A DNA stretch of 63,494 nt, the filler included, from Pelomyxa schiedti (taxonomy: Eukaryota; Protista; Evosea), in the NCBI GenBank assembly GCA_020536535.1. It is 12 parts of 12 records of this genome, joined end to end, with 100 filler letters (N's around TTAATTAATTAA, not from the genome) between each part and the next. Parts side by side here need not be neighbours in the genome. Positions count along the whole stretch, not along the records: positions 38,280 to 51,683 come from JAHLWZ010001195.1; 11 more parts are not named here. One strand, given 5' to 3'. Made by a program: the position numbers and the translations under genes. A model generated the notes under the pieces. That model made no database searches. It was given only the letters and a program-made list of their open reading frames with translations, and was not told the origin of the DNA. Of the stretch, positions 38,280 to 49,888 are shown piece after piece (positions within the stretch are counted from its first letter, which is position 1; each line of letters starts with the position of its first letter).

Positions 38280-40118
38280 ATTGTACCCCCCCCCCCCCCC
38301 CCCCCCCCCTCTGTGCTGGTGTGTTGAGAATGTTGCTCAGGTTCTTGGCATTCATCTTGACTTTGTAGTGTTGAGGGTGATTGTGCTGAATCCACGACGA
38401 TGTTGTAAACACAGTCGATGTTGAAAAAGTGGGGGTCGCCGAGAATAGATGCTGGCATGCACCATTTGTTGGTGAGGAAATCTTGGGGAACTGGGTGATC
38501 AAGTGTTATTTCGAGAATGGAGTTCGTTCCTTCCGGTGTTTTCCTTTTGGTTACAACCATTAACATCGAACATCTGTGATGGCGTTAGTAATATTACCTC
38601 CAAATGCAACGGACAGTGCCAATTGTCTTGTATAAAGTCATTTCATTGGAAATGAGATGGTACTCAACTCTGTCTCCAACAGCAATATCTTTCATTCGAC
38701 GCTCTTTTCCATTTGACATCTTGATTGTGGAATTTGGGCCAAAACAAACCGGGGAACTAGACTTTTGTTTGTCTTAGTAAAGAGCAAGGTGAGGATAGAA
38801 AACTCACTTGGGGAGGGACATAATCATGAAAGCACATCGCAGGGTTCCAGTATTATTCCAACTCTGCTCTTTCATGCGACTCGAACAACTCCATGGCCTT
38901 GCATATGCTTTTGACCACATTGGCTCTGTTTTTGCAAGGTGATAGAGCTGCTTACAGGTACGAGATATTCGGAGGGAAATGAAATCAAGGTGTTCCAATA
39001 TAACTAATATTACTGGTTATGTATTTAACACAAGTAAATATACTCGTACTCAACCAGGCTTCTTTTGGAAGAATTGACAAATATCTCTGGGTTGTCATTT
39101 TACTAGACGGAGAATAAACGTTGCTGTTTTATGGGAAATACACACCTGGAAATAGGGCAGATTTTGCTAGTTTTAGCCTTGGGTACATTGTTGTATTTTC
39201 TTGACAAAAAGCCAAACAATCCAGATTTCGCCGGCACTTTTGGCGCTGACTCAGTGTATAGCCCCGCCTTGGCTACTTCGTTAAACAAGTGATTCAAGCC
39301 AAGATAATTCATTGAACTACAGTTATCCATCAATAGTTCTCGACAATGTTTAATTCCACCTGCATTGAAAATAACCATAGGCCTGAATTTTAGTGGCAGC
39401 TGAAACCCCTTCCTGAAAAGTAACAAAAGGACCTTTAAGAATAAACGATTTCGGAAAAAAAAGTAGGAACTGGATTGAGCTACCTGCGGAGCCAACAAGA
39501 AAAAGCAGCCTCTTGGGTGATTTGAGAGTGAAAACAACTCCAGGAAAAAATGGGCACCTCTCCATCCACCACTCTGTCTATCGTTGGGTAAAAAGTATTT
39601 ATAGGAGTTCCTGTCCACAATGGAGAAACAAATCAGAATAGTTGGGAATCAAGGACCAGACTAACACATACCGGGACACCACCCATTGTGAGAACTCGTC
39701 TTGCACATAGCTTTTGTTGTGTTTAGGGAGGAGAACATTCGGTGTGGAAAGATAACCTCTCCACAATATGCAAGTACACTGGGGTATTATAAAGATGAAC
39801 AACTTGTGGTTGGTGCTGGGAATTTGTTTGAGTAGTGCAGCATAGTATGGGGATAGCATAGTTGGGTTTTCCTACCCGTGGTTTTAGCTGGCACCATTGT
39901 TTCGTACCCTTTTTTGATTTCGTTGAGGAAAACGAGGGGGGGAAAGAAAAAGCACAGAGGACTCCCACGTTACGTTGCGCTCATACTCTTGCCAGCATTC
40001 ACTGCACTACCTTGAATCAAATAAGGAAAACGTAATTGACCGGCGACTACGATTCGATTAGACAAGTTTTGCCCACGCCACACGGTCCAAGAACAAGTAA
40101 CGGTTCCTCCTTGCTCAT
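38280..40118 (-). CDS. Degenerate small-GTPase-like domain + F-box + Vint-type Hint domain protein (3' truncated)
   Basis: P-loop LLVLGPCGVGKT. F-box LSILPKEAWL|IILEHLDFISLRISRTCKQLYHLAKTEPMW. Hint domain CFGPNSTIKMSNGKERRMKDIAVGDRV...VRCIW...LEITLDHPV...KWCMP...VYNIVVD. Confidence 0.75.
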
Positions 40119-40392
40119 TTCGCCAGGTGATCGAAGAATTCCAATAATATGGTCCCTCAAGATCCCATTCCCTGAGACAGCACTCCTGAACACATATTGA
40201 CACAGGTTAACAACGACCAAAAACCCACCCAGGCCTCGTCTGGGGTTATTCGATCTTCCATTTCCAGCTTTCGGTGTTTGGAACAGCAGAATCCGAGCGA
40301 TACCTAAGTGGGAACGAGACGGTCCGTTTGTGTCTTTATCTCGTTTTTCCAAGAGCGAAACAATAATCCAGTTCAACAAAGGCCGAGGGCAA

Positions 40393-42683
40393 ATGTCGCG
40401 CACAGTAGTTGCGATGTTGGGGCACACCGACGCGGGCAAAACTACAGTGTGCGCCGCCGTACTATGCGCCGCCACGGGCACGGGGTCGCCTGCTGTGCTG
40501 CGTTGGGGTGGCCCACAGGACCCCGCCTCCCTAGAAGCCGCCAAGAGGATGAAGCTAACGCGGTGAGGGTTGTGGCGTGGTCACTTCTCTTGTCTGCTGG
40601 TGTTTGTTGTTTGTTGTTTGTTGTTTTTATGGTGGCGTTTGGTCAACCAAAGGGATGATACAGAAAGGAACTCGAAAGGGGAATTACAATTGACATGCAT
40701 GTTCGATTCACAACATATTCCTTCTTGCCAATTAACAGCAATCAATCGTCAAGCTCTATGACACGTTCCTTGGATATACTCTTGTTGATCTGCCGGGCTG
40801 CAAGTACTTTGTCAAGACCGCAGTTCGGGGGTTGAGTCTTTGCAATTTGGCTGTACGTTTAAATAGTCTTGCCTGTAAGACTAAAGGCGTCACTAGGTTC
40901 TTGTTGTTGCTGCTGCAGCCGGAGAGTTTGAAGCAGAAATATCCAGGTTGGAAAGTTACATCGTTGTTAAAACCTGATGAACGAAGAGAAGGGTCCATAA
41001 AGGAACATTTGATGATTGCCTACAGCTTTGGGATTAGAAAGCTTATTGTTTTCGTCAATAAGATGGATGACAGGAGTATTGCAACATATTGCAGGGCCAG
41101 ATATGATCAGGAAAGTTTGAAATGCATTCATCCTTTCTCCAACAAAAGATTGCAGATAGTTGCAGAGTTGTCTACGCACACCAAGAATCTTGGTTTTCGT
41201 GCGGAAGATACGCGTTTTCTCCCGGGCAGTGCCTACCAGTCATTGAATATAGCCAAATCAAATGTAGGAAAAAGCGAACTTGGTTGGTATGATGGACCCT
41301 GCTTAATGGACTTGTTAGCCAGCCACACAGCAGACATAAACAGTGCAATCAAGTCATCCCCTCCATCTCGGTTCCCTTTTCGTATGACGATAGCACGCAC
41401 TCACCATGTTTCTCACCCAGATGGAGTTATTGTTGTGGGTAAAGTTGTATCTGGTAGCATCAAACTTGGGGCACAAGTATCTGTTGGTACCACTATCCCA
41501 ATCTACCTTTGACTAACATATTCTCTGAAGGCAGTGAGCCACCATTGATCGTGCACAGTGCCCAGAATTTTTTAGATCCAATTACCACCCCTATTACTTC
41601 TCCCTGCTGCGTTGCTCTTGCACTGGCAAGTGCACTCTCTTTTTTTGGTGAATAATGTTCACAGAGAGGACGCACTACCGAAGTTAGGACTGGGTGCATT
41701 TTATCACAACATGGCGCCTCTCGTTTCCCACAGGGTCCTAACGCTCTGCCGCTTCAGCCAGCTAAATCATTCACAACCAATTGCATCTTCTTCACTTCGT
41801 GTTCCTACAGTAATTTGGTTGCTGGAAGTGAAATGCAAATATATGCTCATTCTTCTCGAGCAACTGTCAGGTTTTTCTTCTTTTATAGCAAAAAGTTAAC
41901 CTTTTATTCCAGAATTATGTCAGTTGTCCGTCGAACACAGGGTAACACCGTCGATAGGCCATATGAAGTAAAAAGCATAAAGGGGGTAACCTTTGAACTT
42001 GCATTAAGTGTTGTGTCGAGAAACCCTTTTTTTGTTGAAAGATACGAGTATGATTATTCACTAGTTATTTTTATATTAACAATAAAGAAGAGACTGCAAA
42101 GCCTTAGGAAGTGTTCTGTTTCGAATAGGACGCTCCTCAATTGGAGTTGGAGTTGTAACTTCAATTTTTCCTGAGACCCTTCCGAATTTCTTTTTGCCCA
42201 TCAATCCCAGGCCAACAATGACAGTGAAAGCATTGTCTCGAGATGTCCTCCGAGAAATCTTCTCGTGTGTAGTGCCTTTCCTGTAATTAAGTCTCCTCAT
42301 CTTTGTATATGAAGGTATTTCGAATATTGGCAACTTCTCCAGGTATTTCTTGTCTGTAAGGCATGGAGTATGATGGCAAAGGACGAAGCTTTATGGCAGC
42401 AGGTGTACTTCCGGCTCTTCAAAGGAAGCAAAAGTATATCTCCTCCACTTCCCGTTTTTTTTCACTTTCTTCCGTAGATCCTGGGATTACCTCTCCTAGT
42501 GGGGGATGGAAGAATTTAGTTAAATGTACAATCGTGGTCAAGAGGAAACGTTGCTCCAAGAACATGTCTAAAAAACTGCAGTTTGCACTAGTCTTCCGAA
42601 TTACCAACAGGGTGCGTTCTTTGCAAATAAAAGGTGCTGACCCCGACGACCCTCTTTTCACAAAGACCGCCTCTCATCCCTAA
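40393..42683 (+). CDS. Divergent eEF1A-like translational GTPase fused to a C-terminal F-box
   Basis: GHTDAGKTT, ELERGITID, VDLPGC, VLVVAAAAGEFEAEIS, KEHLMIAYSFGIRKLIVFVNKMD, WYDGPCL, PFRM..VVGKVVSG, PFFVERYEDCKALGSVLFR..IGVGVV. The frame then continues into ALSRDVLREIFS|YFEYWQLLQVFLVCKAWSMMAKDEALW. Confidence 0.8.
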
Positions 42684-42775
42684 ATCCCAAAACAATTTTG
42701 TACTGGGGGATTTTTGTGCTCTTCTTTTAGAAAAAGGAGAATATTGCTTGTGATTACATAAAGAAAGGAGTGTGC

Positions 42776-44470
42776 TCACTCAGAGGACCGAATAGGCTTG
42801 AGGCGGTCACTTTCTTTGTAGCAGTTCTTGAGGCATATCTCGAGATGGAGACTTTTTGGGGCTACTACAGGAGGAATGTGCAGAACTGTTCTACCACCAT
42901 GCTTACTGAGTGCTTTCAGCTTTTGTATGTCAAGGGATGCGTGACAAGAGCACATAAGTTCGTTTTTCTCGTCCAGGAGGCGAGTGTCCATGGTTTTGTC
43001 ATGACCCCACAGCTTCCTCTTAGCCACATGGACTACAGTGACCACTTCGGAACCTGTATTTTCCGTGTCTATTTGGAAAGTCATGAATGGATCAGAGAAG
43101 GTAGTTCTGGTGTTGTTTTCCAAATGTTGAATTGTGATAGTCCTGTCCCTAAAGGAAGGGAGAGCTTTCATGCATCAACCAAAAATCATTATACAACCCA
43201 AAAAAAAAGTACCTTCCTCCACAGCCCGCCAAAAATCGAAGCACACTGCACGTAATGATAGGAGAGTCTTCACTGGTAAATATCTTATTATGGCGGACAA
43301 TATCGCAGTCGGGAGATCCAGGATATCGGTTCCTTTTTTGTTTTAGTTGGTGCTGTGAATTGCATAATGTGGGGATTTGAGCTGGAGTGCTTGCGTACCT
43401 CTTACCAAGGAAATGCTGCTGCAAAAAAGGAGATTAACTATACTTCTGATGCGTTGATGGGGTAGCAGTAGCTGGAAAGTGGTTGGTGATCAGAAGCAAA
43501 AGAAATCGGATACCTTTTGTTTTCCTGAGAAGTCTGTGTTGAGAACTTTGAGCTTGCCCAGGGAGTCCTTTTCGTGGTTAGCCATTAAAATACATGAATG
43601 CGACATGCATCCAAATTTTTTTCTGCTTCAGCTTTCAATTCAGACAACTTCTCGTCAAGCATTCTATTGATGTCAGTTTTCAGTGTGAGAAAGGATTCCT
43701 CCATTGTACTGGTAACTTCACTCTTTTGCTATTTATTTCCTTGAGTGTCAAACATAAGAAGCACAAGTTGGGAGGAGGAAAAAGTCCTACCCTTTCAGCA
43801 GCAAATGCGATTCGATCAATGTAGACTGCGGTGCCCTTGACAAGTGACAATATTGAATCTTTGTTCCAACGCAATGGTACTGACTGTTGCTCTGTGCTTT
43901 CAGAGGCAGCAGCAGAATGGCGTGCTCTCTTTGATTGGGGTTCGATTGGAAGTGCAGACAATGACTGCTGGAGCTCTTGGGGCTGCGATTCCCCAGAAGA
44001 GAATAGGACTTGGAAGTCAGGAGAGCACATCATTCGCAGTAGTGCAACAACTTTCTGAAGGTGTTGTAAGTGCGGCACCAGACAGGGTTCAATGCCGGGG
44101 TTTTGAAGAATTCTTTCAAGTTCGGTGATCACTTGCCCAAGGTACAAGGTCTAAGGAAAAAACTTGGTCAAGAAAGAAAAAAAAAAAGGCACAAATTACT
44201 GCTTTCCATGCTGGTGATGGTACGGTAGTATTTGTTGCCGCACTTCTCGCGGCAGTTTCGATCCTTCCTAAGGTTTCACACACCATTGGGGGTGCTCCTA
44301 GTGGTCTGCCCTCCCAATGTAAACGTAAGTTGCATTACAACACAAGCCGCCCTTTCAGTTTGAGGGGAATCGTACACCAAAACTTTGAGTAGATTTTCAC
44401 GCAACTCCTTCGTTGGAAACGACGTCTCCTCCTTAGACAACAAAATCGTGCTCTTGGTGTCACGTTCCAT
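42776..44470 (-). CDS. Multi-exon hypothetical protein
   Basis: Colinear minus-strand ORF segments (44276-44470, 43680-44147, 42776-43171) separated by GT-AG intron-like stretches. No recognised domain. Confidence 0.5.
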
Positions 44471-44695
44471 CTTGTCTTTTTACCGACACTTTGATGTGAT
44501 CGAAATAGCGAGAAGGAAAAAGTTGTTATTGAAAAAGGAAAAAACCATTTAGTGCTAGTAGCTTTCAGAGGAGGTTTGGGGTGGCCATTTTCTTTGTAGA
44601 AATTCGACTCACTCCCTTCTTACTTGCAACAGGAATGCCAAACAAAGCCAGTAAAGTACTTCCGCAAGATAAAATAGAAATGAAAAGAAAATTGT

Positions 44696-45935
44696 CTAGC
44701 TGGATTCTGATTTAGAATCGAGTACTGAATTGACTATTTCGGTGCATAGAGCTTGCGTGTGTGTAGTATAGGTATCTTCTTGTGTATCTTCATTGTGGGG
44801 TTCTTCAGGTGGGCTAGTGCTTGTGCTCGTGGTGTGGTTTTGGTAATATGACACAAGTAGTTTGTGGTTGAGTACATCAGTGAGGCTTGGTTGCCAGGTT
44901 CCAGTCAGTTGCTGTTGCTGTTGATGCTGGGAAATTACTGCCCTGAGTTCATGTAACTCCCCAACAAGGTATTTTACAGTTTTGTGCTCGGCTCGGAGCT
45001 TCTCTTGCAGTTCATCAATCCGGGATTGGAGTCCATTTACCATTGAATCAGTCCCACCTTCTCCTGGGCTGTAGTCCGCACCAGGTTCATCCCACAGGGG
45101 AAGTGAATTTGTTGTTTGAGTTGATTTGTGTGACAGTGCAATACTAGGCCGCAAAATTGGTTTTCCATCTGCTGTGCTTCCGTGCAGGCGCTTTCTATCC
45201 TCCATAACTAACTGTCTCACTGTCTTCCTCTCGGATTTTAGGTCACTCTTGAGTTCTTTGATTTGTGCCTGCAATTCCTGTACCAGCTCAGTTTGGTCAG
45301 TGGGCAGTTCTTCCAAAGATGTCTGAGACTCTGAGTCACTCATTGAAGTAGGCAAGACTGATTTTGGATCCAATTCTTTCGGAGTTGTGGTGGGAGTGTC
45401 TGCAACAGGGTCGAAATGTCCTTGTTGAGCAAGCTTCGATTTGAGTGCTTTATTTTCAGACTTGAGTGTTTGATTTTCCAATTTCAGTTTGGTGAGAGCT
45501 GCTTCCTGGGGTGAAGGAACCTTGGGGGGCGGTTTTTTTGATTTCACCTCTCCTTTAATGAGAGATTCTGTTGTAGTCTTCATGTAAGATGGTTGAATGA
45601 AGAATCAAATAAACTCACCTGCCGCAAGTTTGGCTATTTGATCTTGTTGCGACATTACTTTGGCCTGGAGAGTTTTTACTTGTTTCTGAAGGGACTGCAG
45701 TTGATCTTGAAGGGCCTTTGAACAAGGAGTCTGCTCTGTTCCCGGGTGTGGGAAAAAAGGAAATTAGCCAATTGGCTGAAACTTGCAGTCATACATCTTT
45801 TGGGGCAGGGACACTAGCAAAAGTGAGTAGCTTCTTAATATCTGCGTCATCATGTTCTGATCCTTCCTGGTAGCAAAAGTCCATACAAGCTTCCAGTTGC
45901 TCCCTATGAGTTATCCAAAAGGAACCTCTGAGCAT
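44696..45935 (-). CDS. Coiled-coil protein (5' end uncertain)
   Basis: 295-aa last exon with heptad segments and an internal repeat (ELKSDLKSERKTVRQLV / ELQEKLRAEHKTVKYLV). Short upstream exons. Confidence 0.55.
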
Positions 45936-46389
45936 AGCCCAACCAACAAAAACCAAAAAGAAGAAACGCAAGCAAGATATTCAATATACTCTTAGTTAAG
46001 TACTCTGCATACAAAGTTGTCAAATTGAACATTCCCGTTAGTTTTCCCCTTCGCCAGGCTGACAACAAACATTTGTCGGTGGAGATCTCCTCCGACTCCC
46101 TCATGGGAATGCAAACACACACCGACGACGAAAGCGCCGCCACCCGATGAACCGTCACTTGCCTCGTTACCATTGATGTTTGATCGGACATCCGTACAAA
46201 CAAATTTGTCTTTCGGATGGTGGCACTCAGAACCAGGTGCACTGGTGTATCTGGCCTCCACTTTACCTTGCCCGGATGGAAAAACCCAACCAAAGAGTCT
46301 TGTCGCAGACTGTGACCGTCATGTGACTCACACAGTCTTTCCCCGAATTCCGATTCAGCACAACTCGAGCGTCTGTGAAACAAGCAGGG

Positions 46390-47774
46390 ATGCGCGTGCG
46401 GTGTCTGGCAGTCACTTTCGTGGTGTCCTTCTCTGCCCTGCTCGTGCTGTTCACGCTCTACGGCGGGGGGCCCGGCGACCCCCCTGCGCCGCTGTCGGCC
46501 ATCAACGCCAACGGCGAGACCGTCGGCGCCGCCATCCAGCGGGAGCGCGAGGAAAAGCTGAGGCAGCAGTGCGCCAGGCTGGTCGCGGCCGGCTCCAACG
46601 CGAGCCACGAGTGCAACACCATGCTTCAGCTGCAGCGCGACCAGATTCTGCAGTTGCAGGGCCAGCACAAGCAAGAGCAAGAGGCACTGCTCAAGCAAAA
46701 GCAGGAGCTAGAGCGCGACCTGCAGAAGAAGAGGCAGGAGCTCGAGGACCTGCTGCAGCTGCAAAAACTGCAAAAACAGCAGCTGCAGCAACAACAACAA
46801 AAGTGCGAAGAAGAAGAAGATCAGAAGAAGAAGGGCAAGCCAAAGAAGTGGCTGATTACGTTTGCGGATAGGTGCGATTCGTGCGTTGTGAATGCCAAGA
46901 AAATGTGCGCTTCGGGAATTTCTATTGGCGGTATTCCTCCTATACTCGTGTCATGATGTGCGGAATGTGTGACATATTTTATCAGGGTTTGATGAGTGCG
47001 TCATATTCAACATGAGCCACATAGATACTGCATACTTAAACCAACACAAGGATATTTTATCTGCCTCGCGAGGAGCAGGGTACTGGCTGTGGAAGGTTAG
47101 CATTGCAATACCGGGGTTTTATTTCTTAGTTACCTTCAGCCGTATGTGATTCATGAAGCTCTAACGTATCGCGCTGCTGAAGGAGATATCCTATTTTATT
47201 GTGACTCTGATAACGTCTTCAAAACCTCAGCTGATCCACTTTTTGACCTTCTGGAGGACAACCCCTATGATGCAGTTGGTAAAGCCATTACCCAACCCCA
47301 CCTTTCTTGAGCATTCCTTTTGTTAACCACGTACCCTCAACTACAGTGTTTGAGGACAAATTTCCGTCCTGGAAATACACCAAGCGGGATACATTCATTC
47401 TCCTGGGCTGTGACACCGAGGAGTGCCACAATGTACTACAGCTTACAGCGGGCTACCAGCTCTACAGAGCCAGCCGAAGGTCCCGCGAATACACCGCTGT
47501 CCAGCTATACGCTTCATCAGACCGGCGTATAATTTCAGACGACGAAAACGAAATGGGCCATCCAAACCTCCCTGGGTATGTTATGTGACTGCCACTGCTG
47601 CACAACATCACTGAACAAACCTTGTCAAGGTTTTTGGACCACAGGCACGACCAATCGGTGGCCTCTCTGGTGTCTTGGATGTGGGGTATTCCAAGGCACA
47701 GGATTCCTTCGCAATGGGGCGCTACGCACCCAATGCAGGACACGTACGGCGAAATTGTACATCACGGAGGTTAG
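46390..47774 (+). CDS. Type II membrane glycosyltransferase-like protein
   Basis: N-terminal TM anchor and Gln-rich coiled stem, then WLITFA, RGAGYWLWKP, ILFYCDSD (DxD-like), YTKRDTF and DHRHDQS. Stop at 47772-47774. Confidence 0.7.
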
Positions 47775-47804
47775 GATAAAGGCTACTGTAAAATTTTTTG
47801 AGCC

Positions 47805-49888
47805 AGTTATTGGCCTGACGATTCAAGTTCAGCAGAGCGTGTTGGGTTTGAAAGCCAGTTTCTCTGAAATCTGTCCGTTTTTGGTTGTTGAAACCTTTTT
47901 GGGTTTTCTTTCTTTTCCTTAGAGAACGAATCTGTGCCTCTACGGGCGCGCAGCTCCCCACACTTCCAGGACCCTGCAGAGGATGTTACCGCAGCTGTGG
48001 CAGTCCTCTGAATGTTCGCACATGAACTGCCAAGACCCCTGAATTAACGGGAAAACAATCAGTTGCCCGAACAAGAAAAAACACATCCCGATGACGGAGG
48101 TGGCCCGGAGTCGTGACCAAAACAAACAACACACAGACGGGGGCTGGTGGTGGAAAGCGTACATATGAAGACACATAGAGCAAACTCACGTATACAGCAG
48201 GTTGTCGTCTGCTTTTTATAAAAAAACTCTATATTATTCGCGTTTTGTTTTGTTTTGTTTTGTTTTGTTTTGTTTTGTTTTGTTTCGTTTCGTTTCGTTT
48301 CGTTTCGTTTCGTTTCGTTTCGTTTCGCTCCGCTCCGTTTCGTGTTGTTTCGTTTTGTTTTGTTTTGTTTTGTTTTGTTTTGTTTTGTTTTGTTTTGTTT
48401 TGTTTTGTTTTGTTTTGTTTTGTTTTGTTTTGTTTTGTTTTGTTTTGTTTTGTTTTGTTTTGTTTGTCTTGTATCGTTCTTCCTTAGTCTTGTGTTAAAC
48501 TTACTGTTGTGTTCCATTTCCTCACGGCAACGTAGGGCTGATTCCCTGCGGCACTCAGTCAGTCTTCCGAACCAAGCCAGAGCTACAGGTATCTTCTCTG
48601 TTTTTCTTTTTCGAGTTCTCACACTTTATAACCAGGTCGTGTTGCAACTTGTCATCGCCACGGTAAATCCACCTCCCCCTCTCCCTTTGTATTATCACCC
48701 AACCATGATACGTAGGTACCCAGACCCAGGTTCCAGTGTTGCACACCACAGCCCTTTCCTGCATTTCCGGCACATTGAACAGTGATGCTGGTAGGTGGCT
48801 TCTTTTTTTTCTTTCCCAGGCAGCCCACATATTATTCAGGTGGCGGACCTACCGACAATCTATCACCAAGGTGCATTCCCTCTCCCTTATCTTATCACCA
48901 CTCAACAACAACAGGACAATGGACGCCACTGACAAACATAGTGCATGCCAGGCTTTACCCGCCTTCACCTGTTTCACCTCGGCACTAACACCCCTTGCTC
49001 TTGCTCTTGCACACCAACACTCCCGCTCACTGGGCTCCTACACTCCACTCTGCCGTGTTCCCAACTTACACTCACTCCACCCAGCTGGTGCCTGGGAAGT
49101 TGGGTAGGTCCCCTTGTCTTTCCTCTTTCTTCCTCTCACGTTTTCCACAGACTAAAGCGGACACCTTTGGAAACTGTTCCTCACTGACTTGGAATTCGGT
49201 TTGTACCCACCATAGCCTTCCCTGGTCCCACTAACATGCTGGCAGGCACCCAGAATGACCAGCGATGATGCCAATAGATGTTACCTATCATGTAGTCAGC
49301 TGTTGCCCACTCTGATATAGGCAAGTTGTCCTTTAACCCACGGTTCTCCTTCTCATCTACCCTTAGATCACCTCCAGTGGATGAGGTGGCAAGTATGGAG
49401 AGCCTGCCACTGCTGAGATGACAGCCTGTCACCAAGGTAAATCCCCCTTCCTTTGTATCATAACCCCACTCAACCATGATAGGTTGCGTTGGTACCCAAG
49501 GCTCCCAGCATTGCACACCACCGCGCATTTCTGTATTTCTGGCACCTTGTGATACTGGTAGGATGGCCTCTTTTCTCTTTTTCCGCGTCTCACATACAAT
49601 TTTTTTAGGTGGCGGACTTTTCACCTCACATCCACACCGGCCACAGAACCCGCTGCACGCCTGGGGCACAGTTGTCAACCCACAGGGAGTGCGTGAAGCT
49701 GCGCGGTGCATGGCACCCTGGGGTCCGTGGTTACAGTAATAGATCAAGTTCTATTTATTTTCTTCTGTTCTTTTCTAAGGGAGAAAACCCCAAAAAGGTT
49801 TCAACAACCAAAAACGGACAGATTTCAGAGAAACTGGCTTTTCAAACCCAACACGCTCTGCTGAACTTGAATCGTCAGGCCAATTACT
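47805..49888. mobile_element. Putative non-autonomous TIR element (~2.1 kb)
   Basis: ~105-bp near-identical inverted repeats at 47805-47909 and 49782-49888 (AGTTATTGGCCTGACGATTCAAG... / ...CTTGAATCGTCAGGCCAATTACT). No transposase recognised; only a 2-bp CC flanking repeat. Confidence 0.55.
48242..48465. repeat. Compound pentanucleotide microsatellite (GTTTT)n/(GTTTC)n
   Basis: Directly visible tandem array. Confidence 0.95.

Noticed and set aside
38286-38309. Poly-C run as a sequencing artefact or telomere
   Set aside because: It lies in frame as poly-Gly within a low-complexity insertion of the Hint domain and is followed by ordinary sequence. Its length may be imprecise, but it is not a separate feature.
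48059-48785. ORFs with FCFVL / KQNKT repeats
   Set aside because: Translations of the GTTTT microsatellite; not credible proteins.
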